Assembly (NCBI GenBank): GCA_026770705.1
Contig: JANJGN010000038.1
Location: 9,114,001-9,178,000 of the forward strand
From: Isurus oxyrinchus
Lineage: Eukaryota
Direction: 5' to 3'
Length of the DNA stretch: 64,000 bases
Shown: positions 1-11,881 of the stretch, in pieces
How the letters are laid out: every line of letters starts with the position of its first letter
Numbering within the stretch: position 1 is the first letter of the stretch
Notes under the pieces: model-generated
Databases searched by the model: none
Seen by the model: the letters and a program-made list of their open reading frames with translations, nothing else
Told to the model about the DNA's origin: nothing
Program-made: the position numbers and the translations under genes

Positions 1-350
1 CCTCATACCTAATAACCTCCAGGTCAGGCAGCATCCTGGTAAACGTCCTTTGCACCCTCTCCAATGCCTCCATATCCTTCTGGTAATGTGGCGACCAGAA
101 TTGCAAGCAATATTCCAAGTGTAGGCTAACCAAGGTTCTATACAGCTGCAGCATGACTTCCCAGCTTTTATACTCAATACCCCTGCCAATGAAGGCAAGC
201 TTGCCATATGCCTTCCTGACTACCTTATCCACCTGCGTTGCCACTTTCAGTGACCTGTGGACCTGTATACCCAGATCCCTCTGCCTGTCGATGCACTTAA
301 GGGTTCTGCCATTTACTGTATAATTCCTACCTGTATTAGACCTTACAAAC
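1..350 (-). mobile_element. CR1-type LINE reverse-transcriptase C-terminal fragment (degenerate)
   Basis: Reverse complement resembles the CR1 RT end (LVRPxLEYCxQFWSPHY-like: 'ggtaatgtggcgaccagaattgcaagcaatattccaagtgtaggctaaccaa'); no intact ORF. Confidence 0.6.
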
Positions 351-519
351 TAAACACCCGCCTGACATAGTCATGCTCAATGTTAATACCTTCCAACCAA
401 TATCCCCACGCCTGATTGACCCACCAGTGATGGCGGGATATTAGTCGGGAAGGAGTGCTCCTGGGGGTCCTCAATATTGACTCCAGGAGTCATGAATACT
501 CCTGGCATCAGAACAGGCA

Positions 520-2440
520 ACAGTGGAAAATCTCCTTTCTAATTCGAGTTATTTCCCTACCTCAACTAATGAATCAGCGCGTCTCCATGTTGAACACAAT
601 TCTGGTGAAACCCTGAGAGCAGAAAAGGAAATGGAACGTCAATGCACATCAGCAAGAATGGCTCGATACCAATACTGACTGAGCTAGCCGAGTCACGAAG
701 GACATATCTACCAGACCGTGCCCCTGGAAGGTGTTGAGAGAACACAAGGAGAAAACTTACTTGAGACGGCGCTCATTACTCTACCTGGCACAGATAGATC
801 TCTCCACATCAGTATTGATGAGAGTGTCCACCGTACTTTTCTTTTGGATACAAAGACCCATCTTCAGACTGAGAGCACCACCCGCGATGTTGTGTGGCAT
901 AATCATTGTGCTAAATGCGATAGATTTGGAGAATATTTGGCAATTAAAACCTTGCATCAGTGAGGCCATTAGCTTGAGCAACATTCTCATCCCCCCACAA
1001 TATGCACGTCATGGGATGTATAACCCTCACTCTACCATTAGGATGAAGCCAGGGGATCAACGGTTGTTCAGTGATGAATTTAGAGCAGTAGATCAGATGC
1101 AGCAACAAGAAGATCTAAAAATGGGGCGTCAGCCTGATCAAGCTGTAACATGGTGGAAAATTGCTGAACAAACCCAATGCGGCCCATTGACCCTCAATCA
1201 TTGTACTCTCAGCCAGCAGCAACCTGATGGAAGGTGTCATTGACAGAGCAATCAAACAGCAGCTCATCACCAACAAGCTGCTCAACAATGCCCAGTTTAG
1301 GCTTCACAAGGGCCTTTCAGTTCCCGACTACATCACGTTGTTGATCTCAACAAAGACAAACAGCTGAATCCTAATATGAGAGTGAATGCCCTTGACATCA
1401 AGGTAGTATTTGACACATTGTGGCATCAAGGAGCATTAGCAACATTGCAGTCAATGGCAATCAGGGGGAAAACTCATTGGAGTCATACCTAGCACAAATG
1501 AAAATGATTGCTGTTGCTGGAGGCCAAAAGCCCCACACCAGAGCATCGCTCTCGGAGTTCCTCAGGAAAGTGTCCTAGGCCCAGCCATCCTCAGTTGCTT
1601 CATCAATGACCTTATTTCCATAATCATGTCAGAAGTCACGATGTTCACGAATGTTGGCACAATTTTCAGCATCATTCACGATGCTTCAGATACTGAAGCA
1701 GTTCATGCCTCCATGCAGAAAAAAAAACATTTGGACAATATTAAACCTTTGGCTGATGAGTGGAAAGTGACATAACGTGTTACAAGTGCCAAGCAGTGAC
1801 GATCTCCATCAGGAGAGAATCTAACCATCTCCCGTTGTCATTCATCGACATTAGCATCGCAGAATCCAACACCAGCAACACTGTGGGGGCCACAGCAGTA
1901 AATTAAGTTAACTGAACCAGCAGCATATATGAAGAATCTAGAAAAGGTCAGAGGCAGCACATTGTATGGCGAGCGATGAACCTCAAGTTTCTTCACAATC
2001 TGTCCACAATGTCCATGCAATTTTTAGGAAAGTAATTGAATATCTCAGCTTGCCTGGATCAGGGAAGTTCCAACAAAACACTTGCCGAGCAGGCCCGGGA
2101 AACCACATTATCTTCTCCTAATACTATTTCTTATATTCGGAAGAAGGAAGACACCATGTAGGAAAAATCGTCGCGCCTGATTGGCCACCCCATCCGGCGT
2201 TTATAAATCCATTCCCTCCAGCACCACTGCACAAATACAGCAGTGTGCACCATCTACGAAATACACGGTGGCAACTCGCCAACTGTTCTTTGACAGCCCG
2301 TGACTACTAACACCTAGAGGAGCAAGTGTGACAGACCTATGGAAAGACCTATAAGTTCCCCTCAAGGCCAAACACCACATTGGCTTGGAAATATGTTGTT
2401 ATTTCTTCACCGTCGCTGGGTCAAAACCCTGAAACCCCTA
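520..2440 (+). mobile_element. Degenerate non-LTR retrotransposon (CR1/L2 group), endonuclease-to-RT and 3' tail
   Basis: Homologous to the better-preserved copy at 60435-61772 (e.g. 'atggaaggtgtcattgacagagcaatcaaacagcag', 'tcagatactgaagcagttcatg', 'cttggaaatatg...gctgggtcaaaa'); many frameshifts. Confidence 0.65.
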
Positions 2441-2659
2441 TTTTACAGCAATGAATCATAGGGTCATTGAAATCCACAATACGGAAGAGGGACATTCGTC
2501 CCAGCGAACAAGCAGTAATCAGCCTTGTCAACTTTCCAGCTCTTGGTCTGTAACCTTTTAGGTTGTTTCACTTCAAGTTTTTACAACTCTTTCACATCAT
2601 GAGTTTTAGATTCCCATCATCCTTTGGGTGAAAACATTTGCCGTGACCTATTTACTCTA

Positions 2660-4330
2660 GAATGAAGGGGTCGACAGTACTTTAGCCAGATTTGCTGATG
2701 ATACCAAGCTGGAAAAGGAACCAGGTTCTGAGGAGGACACTAAGAGGCCACAATGACATATTGGTAAGCTGAGTGATTGTGCTGAAATTTGGCACATGGA
2801 ATATAAAGTTGGAAAAATATGAGTTTGACTAATTTTGCCGGATAAGTCGAAAGGCAACATGTTATTGACTGCAGAATCCTTCGGTGCAGAGAGATCTGCG
2901 TGTGTTTGTACACGGATCACACAAAGCATGCGGGCACAGCAAGGAGTTAGGGAGGCAAAGAAAATAACCTCTTTTATGCAGCATTGTGTTACCTCAGCTT
3001 CCTTTGTTCAAAAGTAAACAAACCTAACCTATCCTCCCAAATAGCAATCCTCCTGCAGTCGAGGCAATGTCGTCATAAATCTCCCCTGTAACGTTTCTTG
3101 CCCAATCAAATCTTTCATATAGTTCCTGGCCCAGGGCTGCACCGAACACTCTAACTCGGGCCTAACTATTGTTTTACACAGTTCCAGCAGGACGTCTCAA
3201 CTCGTATATTCTATGCCTCGGAGAATAAAGGCAAGAATCCCATCTGTTTCTTGATCAATTTATCTACCTGTCAAGGCACCTTTACGAATATCTGCATTCG
3301 ATAGTCCCACTTTACTTCTCAGTGTCGTATCATTCGTGAATCAGTGGCAGTCACTATCTCAGAATGCGCTGGATGCCGGGGTGCTGAATAAATTTAAGGA
3401 GGAGAAAGACAGATTTTTAATTAGTAATTGGTTGAAAGGTTACAGGGAGAGGATGGGAAATTGGAGTTGAGGCCGAAATGAGATCAGCCATGATCGTAAT
3501 GAATAGCGGGGCAGGCTCGAGGGGCGGAATTGCCAACTCTTGCTCCTAGTTCTTATGTTTTATTTACTGTTTATTACTTTATCTTGTTAGCTTTCCTTAA
3601 ATGCACTACCTCGCAAACATCTCTAAGCCATTCTTATGTCTACCTGACTGGTCGATTTCCTGCAGTATACAGCTTTTTGCTCAATTCTTAATCACACAGC
3701 CAATTTGTGTATCATCTAAAGCCTTCTTAATCATGCTCTTTTCAGTCATGTGCAAGTAATTGATATATGCAAGAAAAGGCAAGTGTCCTACTGCTAAGGC
3801 CCGGGGGATACCATTCCCGTTTACAGAAACACCCTGTGTCATTCACCGTTTGCTTCCTGGCAATGAACCAATTTTGGATTTACCTCGCCGCTTTGCCTTG
3901 GATCACATTGGCTTTTAATTTTGGAACCGCTCTGCCATGTAGAAACTGGTCATTTTAAAATCCATATACACTACATCGAATGCACTGTATCCATCGGCAC
4001 TCCTTATTATCCCTTCAAAACATTTCTGCATAATAGTCAGACTCGCCCTTCGTTTAACAAATTCTTGCTGTCCAGCTTTGCTTACTCAGTGTCATTCTAA
4101 ATGTCTCTTAGAATGGTCTCTTTCCAATACTATTCCCTGCTCCAAGATTATATTCAGTATCCTGTAATTACTCAGTCTTATACCTTTCTGCGTTTTGAAC
4201 AAGGGTACAACGTTAGCTGTCCTGTCGCCCTGTCTCAGTGCCTGAAGTGGCAAAGGATTATAAAGTCATGGTCATTCCTATGCCGAGGGTACAATTCGGG
4301 CGAGCCTTGGCATTTATGCATTTTAAAAGG
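2660..4330. mobile_element. Nested CR1 LINE fragments on both strands
   Basis: FADDTKL-like motif ('tttgctgatgataccaagctg', ~2691); CR1-type 3' end 'tcctagttcttatgt' at ~3545; antisense RT remnants at ~2990-3300 and ~3570-4330. Confidence 0.55.
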
Positions 4331-5269
4331 TATTAAACCGCTTGATACTTTCAAAATGGTGGCAATTCGCCATTTCTAAAGGGGAATTGGGAGTCGGTAG
4401 AGATGTTTGACTTAACAACTATTCCAAATCAGTCGATAATAAATAAGTAAAACATTAGAGACTGTCTAATGTAATATAAACCATCCATGCCCATCCCTAC
4501 ATTACGCTAGGCCCCTTTTCAGTCATTGCCGCCTGAGGCAGTGCTGGTTTGGTATGATTCAGGCAAACCAACTTACACTGTTACCCGGTGGCCAATCGTT
4601 GCCATTACTGCTATCGTGAAAATGTCGATGTTCGTACTGTTGTTGATAGAAACGTATCAACAAACAAATTTGCGCTTACATTCTGCTCAACACATTTTTA
4701 ATGAAAGGGAATTAAATGCTGTGAAAATAACTGAAGAAGCAAATCCACATTTGTGGATGTAACTTGCAAACATTAGGAATGATGTGTTTTGTATGATCAC
4801 ACTCACAGACACAAATAGACGCAGATACATATGTTCAGGCTCGGTCACGCAACCAGTAGCCACGGAAAACGTGAATGTAAAGGCCCTCAGGAGAAACATT
4901 CCTTAACATTAAAACACGGTGTACAATAGCCACAGCAGAGATTTCCACTAACAGTATAAACTGCAGTGCGCTCTGGCTCACCTATCCTTCAGTCCCTCAA
5001 TCCAGTTCAAATTTCCGAGATTGTCATAAGATTCGACCAGAACTTTCAACAAAACTGTGACATAACACCAGAGCAATGAGAAATTGTACACAGCTCCTGA
5101 TGGCTGTGATCAAGACTAAACGTATTTTTCCAACAAAAAAATCCATCTTACCACCCAGTCAAATATATGTTCTTTAATTATTATGAAACATACCTCTCCC
5201 TTCCTCCTAATATTTATCTAAAACAGAAAACAATACAGTACCACAATTACTAACATTGGGAATAGATTA

Positions 5270-6120
5270 ATTTAAACAGAGTGTTCAGTGCTGTCATAAC
5301 AGAAAATGGGCCTTATTTAACATAAACAGCAATAAGGACTCCTGCACTCTGAGCAGTCTGGTGCATGAATAACTACGGCAGACCCCGTCGAATATGAGCA
5401 GGGAGATGGCCTCATGCAACTTAAAGGGGGGCATAACATAATGCAGAAATAAACGAGAAAGAGTCTAGTGTAATATAAATAAGGACATGGATGAGTGCAA
5501 TATAACCAGACACATGCTTCAGTGCAGCAATAACTGAAGAAGGGCCTAGTGTAAAGGATGGAGTTTATTGCACTAATGTCCGTGACTGGACCCAGAATAA
5601 TATGGACTAAGACATGGTCAGGTTATGACCTTGCAAAACCCTTCAGAAACTTGAACACTTCTTTCAAAACATCTCTTATCTTTCTCTGCTCTAGGATGCT
5701 ATTTCTGTCGCTTTTCCACATAACGAAGCCTCTCACCCCGTTCTGGTAATACCTTCGACAGCATCTTCAGAACCCGAGAGCTCTGCGACATAGAAGGACA
5801 AGGACAGCAGGTGACTGGGAGCACAAACACCTGCTAGTGCCGCTCCAAGTCACGCAGAGTATCCTGATTTGGAAATATAGATTTTTTTCCTTCGTTGTTA
5901 TTGAGTCAAAACCCCAGAGCTCCCCTCCCACCATTTGAAACATACACAAGGCGGCTCACCAACACATTCTCCAGTGCAATTAGGTATGGCTAGTAAATGT
6001 CGGCCTTGACAGAAATGTCAAAATCTGAGAACGGAGTAGAACTAGCAATAACTGAGTGAAGGTGTGCTGTGATATAAACATAGACATGCTATGGAGCAGT
6101 AATAATTGAGGCAGTGTATG
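5270..6120. repeat. Highly degenerate ~27-bp minisatellite (consensus ~GAGACAGGGTCTAGTGCAGTAATAACT), interrupted by a LINE 3' tail at ~5760-6030
   Basis: Recurrent 'agtgcagcaataactga' and 'gtctagtgtaatataaa' motifs; same family as 31920-33210 and 55670-56900. Confidence 0.6.
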
Positions 6121-6148
6121 TATGTTTTCAAGGAAGCAATCGCGCTAG

Positions 6149-6164
6149 CACTGCCATCTGATGG
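6149..6164 (-). promoter_or_regulatory. Candidate CTCF-binding motif
   Basis: Minus strand CCATCAGATGGCAGTG versus consensus CCASYAGRKGGCRSYR (1 mismatch). Confidence 0.4.
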
Positions 6165-6434
6165 CGAAAGATTGTCATTGATGTTACTGTAAAATGCCTT
6201 TATCAGTTATTGTTTCTCATATTAGCGCATCTGAAAACAAGCTACAAAGATATACAAGATCATTACATTCTACAGGGGGTGGCAAAGGATAAAAAAATGC
6301 AAAGAATTCCATCTGAGTGAAGCTTTGTTGTGCAAAGAAACATTAGCAAAAGGACAAAGTGGTTCAAACCCTGTTAATTTATATTAATGTATATTTATTG
6401 GCGTTAATTGAAGGGAGGAATTTTGATCAGGGAC

Positions 6435-6535
6435 TGTGTGTGTGTGTGCGCGCGCGTGTGTGTACGTCTGTGTTTGTCTGACTGTATCTCTGTGTGTCTG
6501 TTTGTTTACTTGTGTGCCTGTGCTTGTTTGTCTAA
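6435..6535. repeat. Degenerate (TG)n/(CG)n microsatellite
   Basis: 'tgtgtgtgtgtgtgcgcgcgcgtgtgtg...' seen directly. Confidence 0.8.
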
Positions 6536-6984
6536 ACACATCTATCGTAATGTTTTTATGCGAATTCTGCAAAGGTAAATTATTATGTTTTCCTGTTATG
6601 ACCCAATATTCTACTCCCTTTGATTAAAAGTATAATTTTAGGTCCTGTAATAGCCTTAATGTGCATTGATTATCCATTTATTTTGTGCTCATATTTAGAT
6701 CGCATTGTCCCACCGACCATTCCGTTACCAAGGCAATGTCTGTCTGTCCTCAGAAATCATTTGGAAAGATGATTAAATCGGAGCATGCATAACGTGTATG
6801 AACACATTGTTCTTTGTGACAGATTGCTAGTTGATCATCAGCGCATAACACGGGACCCTGTAATGATTTCGGCACATTGCAGTAAAAGTGAGAATCTCAC
6901 TATACTTGAACTGAGATTAATAAAACAGTAATTCTCCTGACGTATTATTTCCTTCAGTCAGAAAGAAATCGAATTATATCCAAA

Positions 6985-7590
6985 AACAATTTGCAACAAT
7001 ATAGCACCTTTAAAGTCGTAAATTGCTCCAAGCTGACTCACAAGACCATGAACAGACCAGGCTTGACACCGAGTCACATAAGGAGACACAAGGGCAGATG
7101 ACCATACATTAGGTCAACGATGTAACTTTTAGCGAGGAAATTAAAGGTGGAGAGAGGGAAAAGGGATTTATGAGTGAATTCCATGGCTTAGGGCCAAGGC
7201 AGTAGGCAACAAGTGATAAAATTCACGGATGCAAAAGATTTGAGAATTCGAGGAGGGAAGGGCTCTCGGAGGGCTATTAGGCTGAAGGAGCTGGTAGGGA
7301 TGGGGATGTTGGTAGTGGGGGCGGAGGCAGAGGTGGTGGAGGCCATGGAGGGAGTTTAACAACTGTGATAATCTTATTACTGATGCATTCCTTAATCAAG
7401 AGCCGATTTTTATCAGGGACAACGGGGTTGACGGGCCAACGGGACTTGTGTGCATTAGGGTACGGGCAACAGCATTTGGCTTGAGCTCCTATTTATGGAT
7501 GGTGGACTCTGAGAGGATGGTCAGGAAGCCATTGGAATATTCAGGTCTAGAGGTGACAAAGGGATGGATGGGAGTTTTAGTCCACTGTCT
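6985..7590 (-). mobile_element. L2-clade LINE 3' fragment (degenerate)
   Basis: Matches the repeat also seen at ~36095-36250, ~59630-59795 and ~62765-62930 ('aacaacttatatttataaagcacgtttaacgt...gacaccgagc...ggtcaaag...tcttaaaggag'); L2 assignment is from recall. Confidence 0.45.
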
Positions 7591-8170
7591 TGTTATGATG
7601 ACCCAGAAACAGGGAATAATCAATTACGTTTCTGCTCCCATGTCTGTCGGTGTCTTATAGGGCCAGTAACAAGGAATCACTCCGAGGGATTGTGCTCGCT
7701 TGGCTGCTTGTGTCATATAAACACAGCAGCTGGAGATAATGCCCAGGGCTTGTGAATCAATGTGTGTCTGTGTGACTTGGGACCAGCCCCTTGGAATCAT
7801 TAACAAGACTTGTGATTAACGGGCACTTCGTATGAGATAATCCCTGCACCTAGAAGAAATTCCCAGGTTTTGAGCAACTAAACGGTCATCCAGGTTCTGG
7901 GGACAATTCCCAGCGTTTATGTTCTCTGCTGAGTCTGTTAGGCCTACGTGTTTGATACTAATCCCAGGATCTATGCTCCGTGATGCTTCTAATATCCCCC
8001 AGTCTCTAGGAATCACATCCAGGGTTTGTGCACCCTAGAGCGTCAGGTGCACCACAGGCTCTCGGAATCATTCCTTTGGTTTCTGCCACAATAGCGTCAT
8101 GCTCTGAGAATCATTCCTAGGATTCACACCCTGGTACTTCAGAGAGGATACAGGTTCTGGGAATCAATCT
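7590..8170. repeat. Degenerate tandem repeat, ~60-bp period decaying to ~46-55 bp (core GGAATCATTCCCAGGGTTTGTG)
   Basis: Core variants at 7613, 7673, 7733, 7793, 7853, then ~7900, 8009, 8064, 8107, 8160. Confidence 0.6.
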
Positions 8171-9469
8171 CAAGTTATTAATTCATTTGAAATGAAAGTC
8201 AATATACCCAATGGAAAAGAACCTGGACTGCTTGGGCATATTGTTGCTGGGCAGATCTTTGTATAAAAACGCTCCTTTGTGAACACCTGGGTTCTTGTTG
8301 CCTTTCTATCAGCGGGCTGGAAACTGATTGTTGAAGTTTCTGCACAGCAGCCACAGATGTTTCCTGTCAATTGCAATGTGACTTATCGCTCCTCCCTGAT
8401 GATAGATTTCTGGGATCCTGCCAATTTCTGTGGAGCAGACATATGGGATGAACGTGTTATTCAACAAACTGGGAATAAATTCATCAGTTAATGAATCGTT
8501 AGGCAATGTCGATCTAAATTGTGTTTCTCATGAGATGATATTAAGGAAACTGCGTTTTGTGAATGGCATGTTCCAAACAGAAAAAATGTGAGATCAACAG
8601 TTTGGGATTTTAATTAATTAAGGCCAATTTGATTGTGATAATTGCGAAGTTCCTTTACAATCCTGTAGAAGGGAATGCCAGCTGAGCTGGTATCACACAG
8701 AAACAAAGAACACATTAACTACAATGATACCAATATTTGATTCCTTAAATAAGTTTCTACTTTACCCAATAACCTGCAGTTGGCAGAGCGACAGCCCCAG
8801 TCTGCAGACTGACTGCGAACTCAAATTATTCACTGAAATGTTAGTACAATTATAATGGCAGGCTTTATAATTTCATATGTAACCTGTTGGTACAGTTTGT
8901 GTTGGCATCTGAAAAGCTGAACTTTAATTGCACAATAAATTCAATGATTTCTCTTCCTTGGTGAAAATTTACAACTTTAAAAAAAAATCAAACTCGTGAT
9001 GCCCCAAATCTCTGAATATAATTTCTGGTTCAGTGGTTACAGCCTGATCGATATTGTTTTATCTGCATTGCTAAATATCCCCATGGTTTGTGGGATGCAT
9101 ATGTCGCATCAATAAGAAAGCTAGGCACGGTGATTTAATTCTCAACTAAATAGGGTTCGGCTGGACTATGCAGTCTTACCACACAAACACTCCTTGGTGT
9201 AAGTCTCAACGTCTCCCATTTAGAATCGTTCAGTGTGAAATGAAAGAGCAATATTCAGACTGGTGAACTGAGATCCTGTGGAAAATTGATTCACCAGGAA
9301 TTGTTTTAAAGTGAAGCTGCACATTTTACGATGGATTATATCTGAAATTAAGTGATATTACTCCGAAACATTTCATGTTAGTGGACAAATATCATCGCTT
9401 TCTCTGGACAAATATCAGTAACATTTGTATGTTCTGTCCCACAGGTAGAGAAAAATGGAAATAAGAAAG

Positions 9470-9800
9470 ACTTGCAGTTACACTTGCATTTCACAACCAC
9501 AGGATACCTTATAGCTCTTCAAAGGCAATGAAGATTTTCTATTTCTAAATATATAATCAACAACGTAGTGCATGGAAACGTGGCCGTGAATTCACGCACA
9601 GCAAGATCCAATACACTGCACTGCGATAAATCACCAGATAATCTGATTTTGGGATGTTGCCTGAGTGATAAATATTGGCCTTGGACACAGGGGAGATCTC
9701 TCCTGATCTTTGAAATAATTCCATGGGAGCGTTTACATTCATCTGAGAGGAATTGGACACTTAGCACATGTGAGGTGTTTATTGGGAATGCAAAGATTCG
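9470..9800 (-). mobile_element. SINE remnant (related degenerate copies at ~19050-19270 and ~21440-21600)
   Basis: 'acttgcatt...caatgaag...cacagcaagatcc...gataaatattggcc' pattern typical of antisense shark SINEs; heavily diverged. Confidence 0.35.
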
Positions 9801-10040
9801 CGCTGAATCAATTTAAAACTGAGGCTGCTTTGGAAAGAGAGTGTCTCATCCCAAAGCATTAACAGACAATCTAAAAAGATACGTTTGTGGAACACGGAAT
9901 ATTAATGGTTAATCATTGTTTATACAGCTGGATCAGACAGGAAAAAGGAGGAGGAGCCAGGCTGTTAACTGGGGGAGGAGAGTGACTCCCATTCTCCAGC
10001 TTTGTCTCTCTCTCTCTCTCTCTTATTTGACTCGAGCTGG

Positions 10041-10048
10041 TATAAATA
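10041..10048 (+). promoter_or_regulatory. TATA box of VH promoter
   Basis: TATAAATA ~98 nt upstream of the leader ATG; E-box CAGGTG at 10081-10086; no perfect Ig octamer seen nearby. Confidence 0.6.
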
Positions 10049-10138
10049 GCGGGACGGTTCAGCTCCTGGTTCACAATCCGCAGGTGTCACTGCGACAGAG
10101 AGTAACGCTCCTGAATCAGTTATACCTAGAGACTGAAG

Positions 10139-10184
10139 ATGGGATTTGCGCTGTGCCTTTGCTTCTTATTGGCTTGCTTCACCT
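10139..10184 (+). CDS. IGHV: IgH leader exon (MGFALCLCFLLACFT)
   Basis: ATG, hydrophobic signal peptide, phase-1 donor T|GTGAGT at 10185. Confidence 0.92.
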
Positions 10185-10309
10185 GTGAGTATTCCTGACT
10201 GTATAAGTGATACAATAAAGTCTGCTTCTTGTCTGATATCGTGTTGCTATTTAAGTTCAATGATTTGATTGTTTTTTAATGTAATTACATTTTTTCCATT
10301 CGCTAACAG

Positions 10310-10611
10310 ATGTCCAATCCGCCATTGTGCTGACTCAGCCGGCTGCAGAGACCGCTAAGCCGGGACAATCTCGCAAACTGTCCTGTTCGGTGAGCGGGTT
10401 CAGTCTGGACAGCTACTATGTGAACTGGGTTAAACAAGTTCCTGGGAAAGGGCTGGAGTGGCTCCTTGCTTACAGAAAACCCTCGGATACCACGTATTAC
10501 GCGCCTGGAGTCGAAGGTCGAATCATCCCATCAAGAACTTCGTCCACAACTTACATTGAGATCAAAAATCTGAGAACCGAAGACACCGCGAGGTATTACT
10601 GTGCAGGAGGC
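10310..10611 (+). CDS. IGHV: VH gene segment exon (IgW-type V by motif), apparently functional
   Basis: Acceptor 'ctaacag' ends 10309; (Y)VQS-AIVLTQPAAETAKPGQSRKLSCSVSGFSLDSYYVNWVKQVPGKGLEWLLAYRKPSDTTYYAPGVEGRIIPSRTSSTTYIEIKNLRTEDTARYYCAGG; both Cys, the Trp, GLEW and YYC are intact. Confidence 0.95.
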
Positions 10612-10650
10612 CACAGCGAACTGAACAAGCCCAGAACTCGTACATAAACC
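10612..10650 (+). promoter_or_regulatory. VH 3' recombination signal sequence, 23-bp spacer
   Basis: Heptamer CACAGCG 10612-10618, spacer 10619-10641, nonamer ACATAAACC 10642-10650. Confidence 0.92.
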
Positions 10651-11034
10651 ACAGAAGAATAATTACAGCGAATCATAGGTCAGTATTAGCTCAAAATAGG
10701 TTAAGAGATGTGTTTGAACCTCGATTGAAAAGTTACATTTTCCAAGGAAATAAAGTGGTGAATAATAAAAACCAAAAATGACTAACTCTGTATATTAAAG
10801 AGCATAGATACCGCTTAGAATGTGCACAACTGATGACTAGGAGCCAAATGGAAATATTAACAAATTATTAGGTGAATGGGGATAATTTTAGCCCAAAGTT
10901 CTGCTCCTGAGTAAAACTCTTGGATGAATTGCAATCAAAATCTACAAACCTTCTGCTGACTGAAAGGTTTTATTTATACACTGACTCACAGTCAGTGTGT
11001 GAGAGCAGTATTTGTGCCGGCTTGTGTCACTGTG

Positions 11035-11048
11035 TTACTACATTGGGT
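11035..11048 (+). other. IGHD: DH1 gene segment TTACTACATTGGGT with 5' 12-RSS and 3' 22-RSS
   Basis: AGTATTTGT(11007-15)-12-CACTGTG(11028-34); CACGGTG(11049-55)-22-ACAAATACC(11078-86); all three forward frames open. Confidence 0.92.
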
Positions 11049-11429
11049 CACGGTGCTGTGTATAGCGAACTCCTCATACAAATACCCCAGAGAGGGAGTT
11101 TGATCAAATCTGCGATCCGTATCACAGCAGGAAAATCAAATAAAATAAATATAACCAACAATAAGGGTTTGAAGGAACACTGAATTACGAAAAATGTATA
11201 AAAGTCTCCATTTTTTACTAATTTTGATTGTCTTGCTAAATAGGGGCACAGATGTTAAAGGCATATTTCGGTCCGTTTATAAACATAATGAAAAATTCTA
11301 ACTGAAATATCACAGTGATGTATTCCTCGAGTATTCAGTATCAGGTTTCTCAGGCCGCTGTGGATTTGAATCTCTGTATTTCTCATTTAACAGTCCGCCG
11401 CATTTTTTGTCATGGTGCGTCTCACAGTG

Positions 11430-11443
11430 ATACAACTGGATGG
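11430..11443 (+). other. IGHD: DH2 gene segment ATACAACTGGATGG with 12/12 RSS
   Basis: ATTTTTTGT(11402-10)-12-CACAGTG(11423-29); CACAGCC(11444-50)-12-GCAAAAACC(11463-71); all three forward frames open. Confidence 0.9.
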
Positions 11444-11833
11444 CACAGCCGTTACTGTTAATGCAAAAACCTCATCGGGGCTAATTGATTGCATTTCGGT
11501 CGATGCATTTTGTTTTTTTACAATACAACCATTTTAACCAAAGCCCAAACTGTGCCTGGAGCTTCCCAATTGACAGGTTTCAAGAGGTGCTAGTGTGTTA
11601 ATTATTAAATCATTGGCTGCTGCTTTCAATGCATGATCATCAGTTACTCTGTGAAATACAGAAAAAGTGTAATTTATAAACTTTAGAAATTCTTTAACAA
11701 ATTTACTATTTTGATAAAGCAGGTCATGATTTTACTCTGCCTCTCCGCTCGGAATTTAAACTAATATTGAATTTCTCCCCTTGTGTGCAGAACTGGTTAT
11801 TGTGTGACCCAGACCAGCGAATATAACACTGTG

Positions 11834-11881
11834 ACTATGCTGGCTACTGGGGACAAGGGACCATGGTGACGGTGACTGCAG
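11834..11881 (+). CDS. IGHJ: JH gene segment (YAGYWGQGTMVTVTA) with 5' 23-RSS
   Basis: GGTTATTGT(11795-803)-23-CACTGTG(11827-33); WGxGT motif; donor G|GTAAGA at 11882. Confidence 0.95.

Noticed and set aside
9788-9795. Octamer-like ATGCAAAG upstream of V
   Set aside because: One mismatch, ~250 bp from the TATA box and within a SINE remnant. Perfect octamers elsewhere (e.g. 31802) lie in duplicated repeats without supporting context.
11311-11317. Consensus heptamer CACAGTG between D1 and D2 (possible third D)
   Set aside because: No convincing nonamer found at RSS spacing around it.
10139-11881. Germline-joined or IgNAR-type gene
   Set aside because: Segments are separate with RSSs; the V has full FR2/CDR2 and GLEW, and Cmu1 retains the light-chain Cys.
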